A DNA stretch of 64,000 nucleotides from Mobula hypostoma (lineage: Eukaryota). Positions within the stretch are counted from its first letter, which is position 1; every line of letters starts with the position of its first letter. Under the pieces are notes generated by a model. That model worked only from the letters and a program-made list of their open reading frames with translations. It was not told where the DNA came from and did no database searches. Of this stretch, positions 13,601-27,182 are shown piece by piece. A program made the position numbers and the translations under genes. The stretch covers positions 29,080,001-29,144,000 of the forward strand of contig NC_086118.1 of assembly GCF_963921235.1 (NCBI RefSeq), given 5' to 3'.

Positions 13601-13994
13601 AGGTTTCAGGGAAAATGTCTAACAATGGAGCAAGGACTTCAGGAACATGGAGAGGACGAAGAAGCTCCAAATCTCTGAAGACAAAGATTTCCAACTTCTC
13701 CAGCCACATTACTAGCTGAGATAAGGTTTCTGAAAGAAGAAAGGAATAAATTGAATAACTCTTCCAAAGAGCTGAAACAGAGATGGAAGACCAAACATAC
13801 AAAAAAGATAAAGGCTGAGTTTCCCCCTAAAATATGTCCTTAAAGCCCACTGACTGCACATGCCTCCAAGGGTAGTTCTCATTGAGGTCAAGCCCCGGAG
13901 CATCCGCCAAAGATCAAATCAATGACCCTAGATAAATGCCCAAAAACAACCATAAACCCTGCTGGGTTGGACAGCACATATTGACTATATATAT

Positions 13995-14550
13995 TTAGAA
14001 TGTGAATCAGGTTTATTGTCACTGACGTGCGTCATGAAATTTGTAGTTTCGTGGCAGCAGTACAATCATCATCGTCATCATCAGGTGCCGTGCCCAGTTT
14101 GAGCTTTGACTGCCATGGCCCACACACTCCTGTTTCGGGTCAAGTGGATCAATTCATTGGTATTCATTTCCAATTCTCTGTCTGCTGTCTCCATCATCAT
14201 TTGTTTTTGTCTTCCCCTTCCTTTTTCCCTTCAATCTTTCCCAAAATTTCCGTGCATTCTAACTCCTCTTTCCTAATCACATGTCCAATGAAGTTACGTT
14301 GCCTTTTTATGATCTCATACAATACAATACATAAATAGTGCAAAAAGAGCATAATAGTGAGGAATCATTGATGGGTTCATGGACTGTTCAGAGATTTGAT
14401 GGCAGAAGGAAGAAGACGTACCTAAAATGTTGTGTTTGCATCTTCAGTCTCCTGTACCTGCTGATGGTAGTGCTGGTCTTGGCTGGTCTTTAATGATGGA
14501 TGTTGCCTTCTTGAGGTACCGCTTTGCCGCTTTGTAAGATGTCCACAATC
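13995..14550 (-). mobile_element. Rex1/Babar-type LINE 3' fragment interrupted by an RTE insertion
   Basis: Tail gaatcaggtttattgtcactgac...gaaatttgt and body ttcagagatttgatggcagaaggaagaag...tcttcagtctcctgtacct, shared with other Rex copies in the window. Confidence 0.7.
14066..14317 (-). mobile_element. RTE-clade LINE 3' end
   Basis: Minus strand encodes EIIKRQRNFIGHVIRKEELE...GKIEGK...RGRQ...WAMAVKAQTGHGT followed by a (TGA)n tail; flanked by tacaat on both sides. Confidence 0.85.
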
Positions 14551-14909
14551 ACCTATATGACCAATACAATCACAATAACCTATATTCCTACTGATTGAAC
14601 ATTTTTGGGGATATTCATATCCACTGAAAATTTTGTCAAGCACTTTCAGTTGTGGAAGTAGATATTGAAGAATTTCTTCAATATACATCCATCCATCGGT
14701 ATATCTTTTCCAGGTCAGTGGTGACCATGCTAATGTTATGATGTACCCTCAGCATCTTCTAGTATGAGATGTGCACTGTCCAGGCCTGTTGGTTGTAATT
14801 CATTGTGGTTCCTGTTTTGGGTCCCTGCATTTTCTGGAGTGTGCTTCTTTGGGCTGGTCTTTGTCTGAGGTCATGACTTGCTGAGTGCTGGAGAGAGACT
14901 TGTTATCAA

Positions 14910-15290
14910 GAAGAACAAACACAAAACGGTGGAGGAATGCAGCAGGTCAGGCAACATCTGTGGAGAGAAATAAACAGTCCACTTTTCGGGCTGAGGCCCT
15001 TCGTTAGGACTGGAAAAGAAGGTGACAGAGTCCAGAACAAGAAGGTGGGGGAAGCAGAAGAAATGGAAGCATGCAGGTGATAGGTGAGGCCAGGTAACTA
15101 GAAGGCTGGTCAGGGGTAGGGGCAGATGAAGAGAGAGACTAAGATGATAGATGGTGATAGATGGAAAAGATAAAGGGCTGAAGAAAGAGGAATCTGATAG
15201 GAGAGGAGTGTAGACCATGAGAGAAATGGAAGCAGGGAGGAGATAAGCAGGTGAGGAAAAGGGAAGGGTTAAGAGAAAACTGTTGCTCTG
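14910..15290 (-). mobile_element. PLE 3' UTR fragment (single recognisable arm, decayed hammerhead)
   Basis: acaaaacggtggaggaatgcagcaggtcaggcaacatctgtgg...ccttcgttaggactg followed by the purine-rich antisense UTR. Confidence 0.75.
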
Positions 15291-15519
15291 AATTTCTGGT
15301 ATCTGTAGAATCTCTCATGTTTGGTATCAAGGGAAGCCAGATAGGTATTATTACAGTTGTGGCATCATTGTTAAAAGAGAAGAGTAAATAATAAGACAGA
15401 GCACATAATTAAGTTTGATACTGGAGTGGAAAAAACATATTGTGGATTCCATTGTGTGGCAGATGCATTACTCTGTGTCTACTGAAACAGGTTTTACCAG
15501 GAATATATTTTGATTTATT

Positions 15520-15830
15520 ACTGTATTGATTTATTATTGTCATGTCTACTGAGGTACAATGAAAAGCTTTCATTTAGATGCCATCCAGAGAAATCATGTC
15601 ATACATAAATACCTTGAGGTAATGGAAAGAAAACAGAATGCAGAATATAGTGGTGCATTTGCAGAGGAAGTGCAGCGCAAGTAGACAGACAAAGTGCAAG
15701 GGCCATGATTAGGTAGACTGGAAGATCAAAAGTTCATCTTTAGTCCATGAGATGTCTGTTCAAGAGTCTGACCTAACAGCGGGATAGAACTTGTCCTTGA
15801 TTCTAATGGTTTTGGCTCTCAAACCTTTAT
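15520..15830 (-). mobile_element. Rex1/Babar-type LINE 3' tail fragment
   Basis: ttattattgtcatgtctactgaggtacaatgaaaagcttt...ttcaagagtctga...gaacttgtccttga. Confidence 0.6.
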
Positions 15831-16169
15831 ATACTGATATCCTTTCTCATTCTTGGACAGTAAACATCCTGTACACAACTTTACAGTCATTTACCTCCAC
15901 GATAATGTCCCATGAGGTTGGATATTTGCTTCATTTTCTTGATCTACCTACTTATGTTTTATCACTTCTGCTGTTCCTTTTCCATATGCTGATTTATCTG
16001 CATTAAACAAGAAGATGTTCATAGATCTATAGCTTAAAAAGAATTTTATTCACAAATATAATTTACGTTAATTATACTATATGCGTATGCCTGGAGAAAG
16101 TTTTGAAATTGGTCAACTGGGAATAGAAATGTAAATGGTAAGCTTTCACTTTTTCTCATCTGTCTTGTT

Positions 16170-16430
16170 CTCTTCACCATCCAAGACATGTTCTCTTCTC
16201 ATTACTACCATCTGAGAGGAGGTACAGGAGCCTGAAGACCCGTTTTAAGATCAGCTTTTTCCCTTCCACCATCAGATTACCGAACAGTCCACGAACCAAA
16301 GAACACTACCTTATTACTCCTCTTTTGACTATTTGTAACTTATAGTAATATTTATGTCCTGCATTGTACAGCTGACAAAAAACAAAACATTGCACAACGT
16401 ATGTTAGTGACAGTAAACCTGATCCTGATT
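16170..16430 (+). mobile_element. Rex1/Babar-type LINE 3' fragment
   Basis: ctcttctcattactaccatctgagaggaggtacaggagcctgaagacc...tgttagtgacagtaaacctgatcctgattc. Confidence 0.75.
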
Positions 16431-16977
16431 CCTTCTTTCTGAAATTTTTGCTGTCTTTTTACGAGCGCCTTAATGGAATCCCTTCAGTCAGATTCCCCAC
16501 TTTGCAGCAGTAAAGACCTCTTATCAAAAAAAAAACAAATAAAACCCTAAATGAATGGCAGATGTAAAGGACAAGTTGTCGCCGGGTTACAGCAGTGTTC
16601 CATTCCTGTGGACTGTTCATAACCCAAAGAATTTGCGTGTTCAAAATACAGCCAGGAACAGGGCAGCAGCTGTCAAATCCATACAACAGGTCAGGCAAGC
16701 ACTCAGTCATGTGTAGTCATTGTGCATAAGTTGGAAGTTGGGGCTGTGCATATGCCAGAAGTTGTAAGTTAGAGAGCATCTGAATCCCCATTTTCCATTT
16801 GCATGGAATGGAAACTTTGATCCTGTTAACCAAAATATTCTTCTCCAATGTTTCTCCATTAAACCATTCTATTTTTCAATGTACGGCTAGAAAATCCTTT
16901 CATTCACCTTATTTCCAATTGCTAGACCATTAGTTGGACGTTGATGTAGCTCTGGCTTTCTCGGACTTCTCCTCTAG

Positions 16978-17840
16978 TTCAAAGTTCAACATTCAAAGTG
17001 CATTTGTTATCAAAATACATACATGTTCCATTATACTACCTTCAGATTTACTTTCTTGCAAGCATTTACAGAAAAATAAAGAAATATTATAGAATTTATG
17101 AGAAACTGTACATAAACAAAGACTAGCATATAACCAATGTGCAAACAAAGATAAAATGTGCCAATAAAAATACAATACTGAGAATATAAATTGTAAAGAG
17201 TCCTTAAAAGAGAGTCTATAGGTTGTAGAATTACCTCAGGGTTGAGGTGGGGGTGGGGGTGATGTTATCCACACTGGTTCAGGAGTCCGATGATTGTAGG
17301 GTCATAACTGTTCCTGAAACTAATGGTGTTGGACTTAATGCTTCTGTACCTCAAGAAGAGAGCATGGCCTGGATAGTGGGGGTCGTTGATGATGGATGCT
17401 GCTTTCTTGTGGCAGCGCTCCATGTAAATATGCTCATTGATGTGAAGGGCTTTGCCTGTGATGGACTGGGCTGTATTCATCGCTTGCAGTTCCTGGGCAC
17501 TAGTGTTTCCATACCAGGCCATAAAGCAAATAGTCATGATACTCTCCAATGTGGATCTAGAGAAGTTTGTCGAAGTTTCTGGTTACAGACCAAATCTACG
17601 TTAGCTTCTAAGAAAGTAGAGGTGCTGTTGTACGTTCTTTGAGATAGCACTTACATGTTAATCCCCAGGACAAATTCTCTGATATTATAGCACAAAGGAA
17701 TTTAAAGCGACTGACCTCGCCACCTTAGTTCTCCTAATGAGGGCTGTCTCATTGATCTCCGGCTTATTCCTCCTGTAGCCAGTAACTAGCTCTTTGGTTT
17801 TGCTGATGCTGAGTGTGAGGGCTTGTTGTTGTGTTTGCTG
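16978..17840 (-). mobile_element. Rex1/Babar-type LINE 3' part
   Basis: ORF 17265-17549 (ESIMTICFMAWYGN...AQSITG...KKAASIINDPHYPGHALF...SFRNSY), KTKELV upstream, (gttcaaa)n tail. Confidence 0.9.
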
Positions 17841-17869
17841 CTCGTCAGCAGTAGAGTGAAAGAGCACAG

Positions 17870-18640
17870 TTTTGAATCCAAGTGGCAGCTCCGACTTCCC
17901 ACCACTTTGCTGAGCCCTTCCATTAGTCAGACCACTCATTCAACATCCAGAACAGGATGAGCGATAGCTGTTTAATTTCCTTTAACTTATTAATGTGAAG
18001 CTGAGCGATTGCCTCTAGTCCCCACACTGAATCTGCAACCTGCCTATTGGCTCCATCTTTCATCCTAGCAGCTACTGAAAATGAGGTTGAATCAGACTCC
18101 ATATGCTTGACCCCAGGCTGCATTACAAAACTAGGCCTAATTCCACCTCCAGAAACACAGCCCCTCCCTGCCCCTGCCTAAACTCACTTTTTGCCGGTCC
18201 ATGCTGCTTCCAGGATTAGCTATTTTAACACCCAGTCAGCTGCACACTTTGAAAGCTTGGCTGCTCATGTCAAAATCTGAGTTGAGTCCTCAGCTCCCAG
18301 CTAAGCATTTTTTTGATGTAAAGTACTAATTCTTGTTTTCAAATCTCTCGGTGGCCTTAGCCCTACCAGTCCTGTCATCTCCTTCAGCCAGACAAGATAC
18401 AGGTTTCTTCTATAAATCTGTCCTTTTGATCATTCCTGAGTTAATCCCTCCACCACTGGTGGCTGTGCCTTCAGCTGCCAAGGCCCTGAACTCTAGAATT
18501 CACTCTCACTCCCACTGTCTTTGCAACGTCCTTGAAACCATCTGTTCTAATATTTCCTCTGTAGTCTCCTATCATATTTTGTTTGATAACACTCCTGTGA
18601 ACTGCCTTGGGGCATTTTACTATACAAAGTACAAATACCA
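17870..18640 (+). mobile_element. Old L2-clade LINE 3' remnant
   Basis: ttcttgttttcaaatctctc...ccaccactggtggctgtgccttcagctgccaaggccctgaactctagaattc...ctcctgtgaactgccttggggcattttacta resembles L2 3' ends; the upstream boundary is uncertain. Confidence 0.55.
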
Positions 18641-18865
18641 ATATAATTTTATCTTGTGCTGCTGGCAATTGGCTCTGCTTGCTTTAATTCCTGACTCTGC
18701 TGGTTTCCAGTCTTTGAACCATTTTGCTTTATACTCTACCCGACATAGTAATTTACTCAATACTTATAGTTTATTTTGGTTTGAACAACTACCAAAATAT
18801 CGCAGCGTCCTCCTCAGGAGGATTGTTTATGCACGTTAATTTGTTTATTCACATTACTGCTCGTT

Positions 18866-19053
18866 CCTCTTCACGCCTTGTGCCGCAACAGGCAGCAGCC
18901 TTGCCATTTCTGTAGGACTAGTCCGTTTTTTACGGGGCTGAGTTGCTTGCTCGACGTTCGACCCAGCCCCGATGGAAAACTCGCAGGGCGCCAGCTGGAT
19001 TCGAACCCAGAACCACTCGGCATGAAGTCCGGTGCAGATGCCACTGCATTACC
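18866..19053 (-). mobile_element. tRNA-derived SINE with RTE-related body
   Basis: Minus strand: ggtaatgcagtggc (A box-like), ggttcgaatcc (B box), then ggggctgggtcgaacgtcgagcaagcaactcagccccgtaaaaa, which resembles RTE-derived segments of SINEs. Confidence 0.65.
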
Positions 19054-19149
19054 ACATGCACAACGGGAGGATGCAGCTGATGGCCTTTGAAGAATTACTG
19101 AAGGACCAATGTTGTAATGCAGGAAACAGTACAATAAATTTGCACATAG

Positions 19150-19381
19150 AGCAACGCACAGAAAATGCTGGAGGAACTCAGCAAGCCAGGTGATATATAG
19201 AGTAGAAAAAACAGTCGACGCTTTGGGCCAAGACAGTTCATCAGGACTTGGTGAACCATCTCAGACCGAAACATTGACAATTTATTCATCTCCATAGACA
19301 CCGCCTAACTTGCTGCGCCCCTCCAGCATTGTCTGTCTATTGCTCAAGATTTCTAGTACCCGCAGAATCTGTTCAGTCTAT
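19150..19381. mobile_element. Old short PLE hairpin insertion
   Basis: Inverted arms agcaacgcacagaaaatgctggaggaactc / ctccagcattgtctgtctattgct plus tail. 13-bp TSD aatttgcac(a/g)tag at 19137-19149 and 19382-19394. Confidence 0.8.
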
Positions 19382-19493
19382 AATTTGCACGTAGCATGTT
19401 CTTATAATCAGCAATGTTGTACTGACCAGGTAGTCTAAAGTTAGTGACTTTGCACAGTTAGAATGACCCCCTGCTGTTCTTCAATGAGCACTA

Positions 19494-21182
19494 AACATAG
19501 CAACATACAAAACCTACAGCACAATACAGGCCCTTCGGCCCACAATGCTGTGCCGAACATGTACTTGCTTTAGAATTTACCTAGGGTTACCCATAGCCCT
19601 CTGTTTTTCTAAGCTCCATGTGCCTATCCAGGATTCTCTTAAAAGACCCTATCATATCCACCCCCACCACCGTTGCCAGCAGCCCATTCCACGCACTCAC
19701 CATTCTCTGCATAAAAAGCTTACTCCTGACATCTCCTCTGTACCTACTTCCAAGCATCTTAAAACTGTACCTTCTTGTGCTTGCCATTTCAGCCCTGGGG
19801 AAAAGCCTCTGACTATCCACACGATCAATGCCTCTCATTATCTTGTACACCTCTATCAGGTCACCTCTCATCCTCCATCGCTCCAAGGAGAAAAGACTGA
19901 GTTCAGTCAACCTATTCTCATAAGGCATGCTCCCCAATCCGGGCAACATCCTTTAAGATCTCCTCTGCATCCTTTCTATGGTTTCCACATCCTTCCTGTA
20001 GTGAGGTGACCAGAACTGAGCACAGTTTTCCAAATGGGGTCTGACCAGGGTCCTATATAGCTATAACATTACATCTGGGCTCTTAAACTCAATCCCACGG
20101 TTGATGAAGGCCAATGCATCATATGCCTTCTTAACCACAGAGTCAACCTGCGCAGCAGCTTTGAGTGTCCTGTGGACTCGGACCTCAACATCCCTCTGAT
20201 CCTCCACGCTGCCAAGAGTCTTACCATTAATACTATATTCTGCCATCATATTTGACGTACCAAAATGAACCACTTCACACTTATCTGGGTTGAACTCCAT
20301 CTGCCACTTCTCAGCCCAGTTTTGCATTCTATCGATGTCCTGCTTTAGCCTCTAACAACCCTCCACGCTATTCACAACACCCCCAATCTTTGTGTCATCT
20401 GCAAATTTACTAACCCATCCCTCCACTTCCACATCCAGGTCATATATAAAAATCACGAAGAGGAGGGGTCCCAGAACAGATCACTGAGGCACACGACTGG
20501 TCACTGACCTCCATGCAGAATATGACCTAACTAAAACCACTCTTTGCCTTCTGTGGGCAAATTAATTCCGGATCCACAAAGCAAGGTCCCCTTGGATCCC
20601 ATGCCTCCTTACTTTCTCAATAAGCCTTGCATGGGGTACCTTATCAAATGCCTTGCTGAAATCCATTTACACTACATCTACTGCTCTACCTTCAGCAATG
20701 TGTTTAGTCACATCCTCAAAAAATTCAGTCAGGCTCATAAGGCATGTCCTGCCTTTGACAAAGCCATGCTGACTATTCCTAATCATATTATGCCTCTCCA
20801 AATGTTCATAAATCCTGCCTCTCTGCATTTTTTCCATCAACGTACCAACCACAGAAGTAAGGCTCACTGGTCTATAATTTCCTGGGGTGTCTCTACTATC
20901 TTCCTTGAATCAGGAAACAACATCTGCAACCCTCCAATCCTCCAGAACTACTCCCGTCCCCACTGATGATGTAAAGATCGTTGCCAGAGGCTGAGCAATC
21001 TCCTCCCTTGCCTCCCACTGTAGCCTGGGGTACATCTCGCCCAGTCTCGATGACTTACACAACTTGATGCTTTCCAAAAGCTCCAGCACATCTTCTTTCT
21101 TAATGTCTATATGCTCAAGCTTTTCAATCCACTGTAAGTCATCCCTACAATCACGAAGATCCTTTTTAATAGTGAATACTGA
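19494..21182 (-). mobile_element. CR1-clade LINE, 5'-truncated
   Basis: ORFs 20667-20867 (SLTSVVG, QHGFVKGR), 20061-20327 (WQMEFNPDKCEVVHFG) and 19587-19949 (LERWRMRGDLIEVYKI); 3' UTR and tail at about 19494-19570. Confidence 0.95.
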
Positions 21183-21439
21183 ACACTGAAACTAATTATG
21201 GTTTGGATCCACCTGTGACAGGAGATGGGCTTTTGCTTAAAGTCCAACCTATCCCAACCTGAATCAAATACAATTGGCCATTCAAGCCAATCCGTCATAT
21301 GCGAGAGTCATCAGATGAAGTAGAGTAACTGGACCTTGGAGCAGAGGCACCAGACTGAGCTCACAGCCTTTGAACAGCCTGACACTGTCAATGACGTTGA
21401 ACTATTACTGACTATCCAAGATAGTAACATCTATAAACT

Positions 21440-21541
21440 AACATACACAAAATGCTGGAGGAACTCAGCAAGCCAGGCAGCATCTATGGAAAAGAGTACA
21501 GTCGACATTTCAGGCTGAGACCCTTCGTCAGGACTGGAAAA
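21440..21541 (-). mobile_element. Solo PLE 3'-end fragment of about 100 bp with a near-intact hammerhead (21499-21536)
   Basis: Minus strand cagtc-CTGACGA-a-gggtctcagcct-GAAA-T-GTC-gactg; the stem III C has decayed to T at a CpG. Confidence 0.8.
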
Positions 21542-22151
21542 ACCTTATAAGTTGTTCAAATTGAGAAAAGTAGTTTAAAATATAATCTAAAACACAACGT
21601 AGTAGAAATGAGCTAAAAACATGGAGCTACACATGGCTTTATATTCAAGATCAGGGTTAAGATGAGGAGTTGGATGCATTCTAACATCTGACCTCCAGCT
21701 TATCGCCAACCTTCATGTTTCAAAGTTTAGGTGCTGAAATTGGAGGTGACCTGAGAATTGCTGCAGAAACGACGATGATGTATGGCAACTTCAAACAACA
21801 ACATTTCTACAGCACAACTCAACGTGAGGATTTTCAGCAATGAATCCATTGTTATGCCAGGCAATGTCAGAGATGATGGCATCATGACCATATCTAAGAA
21901 GAGAGATGGATCTGACTCCTGTAGTTAGAGAGAGGTCTCCCTGCTGTCTGCCACAGGGCAAGTCATCATCCAGGTCCCCCTTAAATGCCTCATCTAGTGG
22001 CTGAGGAGTTGCTCCTGATTCACAGGATTGATTTTGTCACCTACAGACACAATGCACGTATTTTCACTGCATAGCAAGTTTAAGAGGAATGTAGGGAATT
22101 GCACCAACTACCTTATAGGGGCTTTTTTAATCTTACCATAGCCTTTGGCTC

Positions 22152-22720
22152 CAGGTAATGATGCAGCTCTATAAAACTCTGGTTAGGCCACACTTGGAGT
22201 ACTGTGTCTAGTTCCGGTCGCCTCACTATAGGAAGGATGTGGAAGCATTGGAAAGGGTACAGAGGAGATTTACCAGGATGCTGCCTGGCTTAGAGAGTAT
22301 GGATTATGATCAGAGATTAAGGGAGCTAGGGCTTTACTCTTTAGAGAGAAGGAGGATGAGAGGAGATATGATAGAGGTGTACAAGATATTAAATGGAATA
22401 GATAGAGTGGATAGCCAGTGCCTCTTCCCCAGGGCACTACTGCTCAATACAAGAGGACATGGCTTTAAAGTAAGGGGTGGGAAGTTCAACAGGGATATTA
22501 GAGGAAGGTTTTTTACTCAGAGAGTGGTTAGTGGGTGGAATGCACTGCCTGAGTCAGTGGTGGAGGCAGGTACACTAGTAAAATTTAGGAGACTACTAGA
22601 CAAGGTATATGGAGGAATTTAAGGCGGGGGGTTATATGGGAGGCAGGGTTTGAGGGTCAGCACAACATTGCGGGCCGAAGGGCCTGTACTGTGCTGTACT
22701 ATTCTATGTTCTATGTTCTA
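22152..22720 (+). mobile_element. CR1 3' fragment
   Basis: ORF 22239-22622 (LERVQRRFTRMLPG...FFTQRVVSGWNALP); (ttctatg)n tail. Confidence 0.95.
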
Positions 22721-22899
22721 ATGTAATCAAGAAGATCAGTGGAGCACCATCCTACAATTTGGCTACCAACAGAAATTCCATTTTAAATGCCCACAGAAAT
22801 AAGTCTGCCTCATGCTGGCACATAAACCATGATTGTAACAACTGGGTCAACAACTGAGCCACTGCTATGACACTTGCTATAATCTTTCTTGCATCTCAC

Positions 22900-23570
22900 T
22901 TCTAAGCTTCCCACTGAATGGTCCTTACACTCAACATCCACAAGGTGAAGGTCCTCTACCGACTTCCCTCCTGTACAAAGGTAAAGCGTCACGACAAATC
23001 TTTGGAAAACACAAACCACTCTCCATATTCTAGTAATCAATATGAATGGTGAAATTCACCATTGCCTTCAAAAGGTCAACCCAGACTTTAACTGATTGTG
23101 GGAAAGGATAACGAAAGGTGGAGACCTTAGACACGGTACAAAACTCATAGCCCACTGAAGATCCCTGCCCTCCTCCACACTTCTAAGACTTGGACTACTC
23201 ATACTAACAGGTAACATTCACTAGATATTAATGAAGCATTCTCTGCAAAATCCTCAAAATCTATTGGAAAGATAAGCAAGCCTATGTCAATAGCTTCCCC
23301 GAGACCAAAGACCCCAATACTTATGCCCTAGGTACATTTAGTTCACTCTGGAGGGAAGGCTGCATCATTTGCATGCCTGATCACAAACTCCTAAATCAGG
23401 CACCTTATTCCAAAGTCTGCCTTGGGAAGAGATTACCATTTGAACAGCGAGAAAAAAAAAATCAAGTATGTGCTCGAATCCTCCTTGGATAAAATGTAAC
23501 AACCCTACTTACCTCTTGGAATCTCTGCCCATGAGGAAGCATTCAGAATGAGATCCTGTGCATCAGAACT
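22900..23570 (+). mobile_element. Very old RTE/BovB-like LINE ORF remnant
   Basis: Hand translation of pieces gives LTLNIHKVKVLY, HDKSLENTNHSPY, EIHHCLQ, DLRHGTKLI and IPALLHTSKTWTT in the order of the RTE post-RT region. Confidence 0.6.
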
Positions 23571-25769
23571 GCAGAAACCCAGGCTCCGTGGTAAAAATGG
23601 CCAACTGGGTTTGCAGGTCCCACTTTGGGCTCATCTTTTACCTCCAAAACAACAAACAGGCGTGAAAGCAAGCCATTCTTGAGGGACTACCCAAAGAAAA
23701 TAGTGAGCAACCCATTTTGGCCTATATATTTTGTTTTATGCCTTGAGATTTGCTGTTTATATAAAACATTTCCACCCTACCAATGTTGGAAAGTAGATGC
23801 CTAGCTAATGCTGTGGAAAGAATGTTTTGTGCCTCATGTTGTTTTACAAACTACCTTTTGAGCATGGCATAAATTTGTTTTCAGTTCATTTCGAATTACG
23901 GATATTTTTGCATTTGTTAATGAATAAAATGGCGACAGCAGCTTTAACACAGAGTTACACACTTTCATTTAATTAACGTCAATGCATCCACACACTCGTG
24001 CATGGAATAATACAATTCCTGGCACTATGCTGCGATCAGCAGCTGTCAGCTCCACAGAATGCAGAGGCTTTGAACTATACATACCAGTTCAGACACCCCT
24101 CAGTCTCCACAGAAGGCTTGCCACCACTGATTCACTGGTCGATATAATTTCAGAATTGTGTTCTTTGGGTGTCTTGGGGATCATTTTAATGTAAACACAG
24201 TTCACACCTTCAAAGTTTTATTTTAAGTCATTTACAGAAGTTATAAGTCACAAACTTTTGATCCAATTCCATTCATTAAATAAACAAGCCATCCACTTTG
24301 ACGATATCATCAAGTGTGCAAAGTATAGAAGGGAAATGAATCTGTGTTTGGTAAACCATAACAGGAAGAAAAGAGGAGTTTGTGGCTTCTGCCGTGGCTC
24401 TTGATTCATTAGGAGTTTGTAAACCTTGCTCTATCAGGAGTGTGAGAAAATACTCAGGACAGATTATATAGAAGGTAGTATGTACTGGGTGCAGAAGGAT
24501 CAAAGTTAATGGTGGGTTACACCATTCTAATTCCACCATCTTGTCATACTAGGTGTGTTTCAATTTGGAGAGTCACACAGGATTGCCGTTGGAACTGACT
24601 GGTGCTGGCAAGGAAAACAGAGAATGCATGATATATTGTTATGGAATGGTACAGATCTAAATGTGAGTTAGCTTAATACCTATAGCATTAAAGATGAACC
24701 AAATAATTGGTTCCCATGCTGCCCCATTTTTCACAGTTAAGTGGTTGCCAAGTGACCACAGTGACTGGTTCAGGGTCATAAACCGTGTAAACAAACAGAA
24801 ATTAAAATTTAGAGATAATTAAATTGAAGCACTTCATTAATTTAATGTGAGTTCTGTGTAATGAAAATGACCAAGAAACATAGTTCTTAAAATTCACTAT
24901 TTGTTCATGAGTGAACAATTAGTTCAATCTGATGTTAAATCAATTTGCTTCTAATTTACACCTATAAATGAAAGGAGTCATTAGGCAATGATACTTAATT
25001 TTTCATATTGTTTCCCTTTATAATTTATTATGTAGAAAGATTTATTAATAGCAAATTGTAGCAAAATATTGCAGAGTAATTGATAGGCAGTATATTTACA
25101 AGCTGCTAAATAAGACTATTTTTAAAGTTTCACACACTGAACATAAAGATGATGAACTTGGACTCGACATCATCAAGGAAATCAAGGAATAGCAAAGCAA
25201 CATTCACCAGATAATGGAAAAGAGGTAATTTCAGTGCTTTTTCTCTGCCTTTCTGATGTTACAATGGGTTCCATCTGTAAACCACCGACAGACTTGAAGG
25301 TGTGAGGATTATTTTTTTTTCCATTGCATTGAGCTTTAAGTACAGTTAATAATGGGAAACATTATAACAATTTTAAATAATTTAGAAAATAATTTACAGT
25401 TGTAATGATAGCTTTTAACAATAAATTTATATTAATCAAGACCATTCCAGTGATTTTATGAGGAAATATGGATTCCACACTTGTTTTGCAGTGACTAAGG
25501 AAAACTCCACTGAAAAAATTATGGATACTTCATTTAAAAACATGATCACCACAGACCTACATTAGATGACAAAGCTCTGGACAGCAATGAAATTTCGTAG
25601 TTTCTTTGTTGTTGGTTTAGCATCAAATCATATTGAGCACTAGCCTACTTTGGCAATGGGGAGCCTTGTACTTTACCAACAAGAACTGAAAATGCATACA
25701 TTACTGTCTGCTTGATCCAACCTTGTAATCACACACATATTCAGTACCTTTTTATTGATTTGACTGCCA

Positions 25770-26080
25770 GAAAGGTGTGTAAATTGGAGCTGCTGCCTCA
25801 TTGATCTAGCAACTGGGGTCTGCCATGTGTGAGAATTTTGCATGTTCTGCCTATTTCCTTGGTTGATTTTGAAGTACATCCTAAAAACATGCAAATAATT
25901 GATGAATTGGGCACTGTAAATTACCCTTCTGTGTAGATGAACAGTGGAATCTGAGGAGAATTGAAGTCAATGTGGGGAGAATAAAGTGGGTTTGGGTAGG
26001 ATTGGTGTCAAAGCATATTTGATGGTCTGCACAGATTTGTGATCCAATAGACAAGTTTCCATGTTGTATCTCTCTGACTC
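25770..26080 (+). mobile_element. Old V-domain SINE
   Basis: ggagctgctgcctca...tgtgtgagaattttgcatgttct...catcctaaaaacatgc...cactgtaaattacccttctgtgtag. Confidence 0.6.
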
Positions 26081-26266
26081 TACTTAAAAATGTATGTCTG
26101 TTTCCACTGAGATCATGTTACAGGAGATAATACAAAGCTCTTGTCCATCATTTACCAATATTATTTCCCATTCAAATTCCAATCACACAATAAAATAATA
26201 ACAATCAACTTTTTTCTCACTGGAACCAGAATTCTAAGGTGAGAAAATTGCCACTAAACCTCTCAA

Positions 26267-26790
26267 TTCAAGATTCAAGATAGTTTATATCATTCTTCAC
26301 TGCACGAGGATAAAGGAGAATGAAATGATTGTTACTCCAGATCCAATGCAGCATAGAAAAACACAATGAGCATAAAGAACACAATTTTTTAAAAAAAAAG
26401 CAATGAAGCACAATAAATATAAATATAAAAGCAATCCAATAAAACACAATGTACAAGTAACTGTTGTGTACATAGACTGATTGATTGTACGTTAAAGTGA
26501 GGTAAAGTGATAAGTATCTTGCGATGGTGGGGTGGGTAATGGTTGGAGATATTAGTTAACTTGACGGCTTGGAGAAGTAACTGCTTTTGTCTAGTGGACC
26601 TGACATGGGTGTGGCCTAGCCTCTTCCCTCATGGGAGTGGGACAAACAGACAATTACCAGGGTGGGTGGGATACTTTATGATATTTTTGAGCTTTTACTG
26701 GCCTGTATATACTGTATGTCCTTGATAGCAGATAGGCTGGTGCAAGTGATGCATGGGGCAGTTTTAACTACCCATTGTAGAGCCCTCCTG
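26267..26790 (-). mobile_element. Rex1/Babar-type LINE 3' fragment
   Basis: (ttcaaga)n tail; body tagcctcttccctcatgggagtgggacaaacag...ttaactacccattgtagagccctcctg. Confidence 0.7.
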
Positions 26791-27182
26791 CACTCCTTAT
26801 GGAGATCAGCAGAAACTCTGAATTCACTAACTGAATTGGGCCATCTGAGTATCTACTCCACCTGTAATGTTATCCTTCTCACATCTTCATCATTTCAGGA
26901 TGTAGTTCAAATGCATTTTTGCCAGTGTTAACTAGCAACTTATAATAATCTGTCCTGTAGAAAGGGGTGATAAGCAATATCCTTTAATCATAATGCATTG
27001 ATTGGCAGGGTAACATTGGAATTAAATCAATTCTCCACTGTTGACTCTCTAACTGGTACCTAATGCAAACAAGTATGGTCAACACTTGCCAAAAACTGAA
27101 CAACCAGCCAATTCTATAATGGGATTTGTCCTAAAATTTTTTATACCCTACTCCAAGTACCCTTAGCACCTCATTAATTTCA

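Noticed and set aside
18980..19053. tRNA gene on the minus strand
   Set aside because: A and B boxes are present, but the acceptor stem does not pair well and the sequence runs directly into a SINE body.
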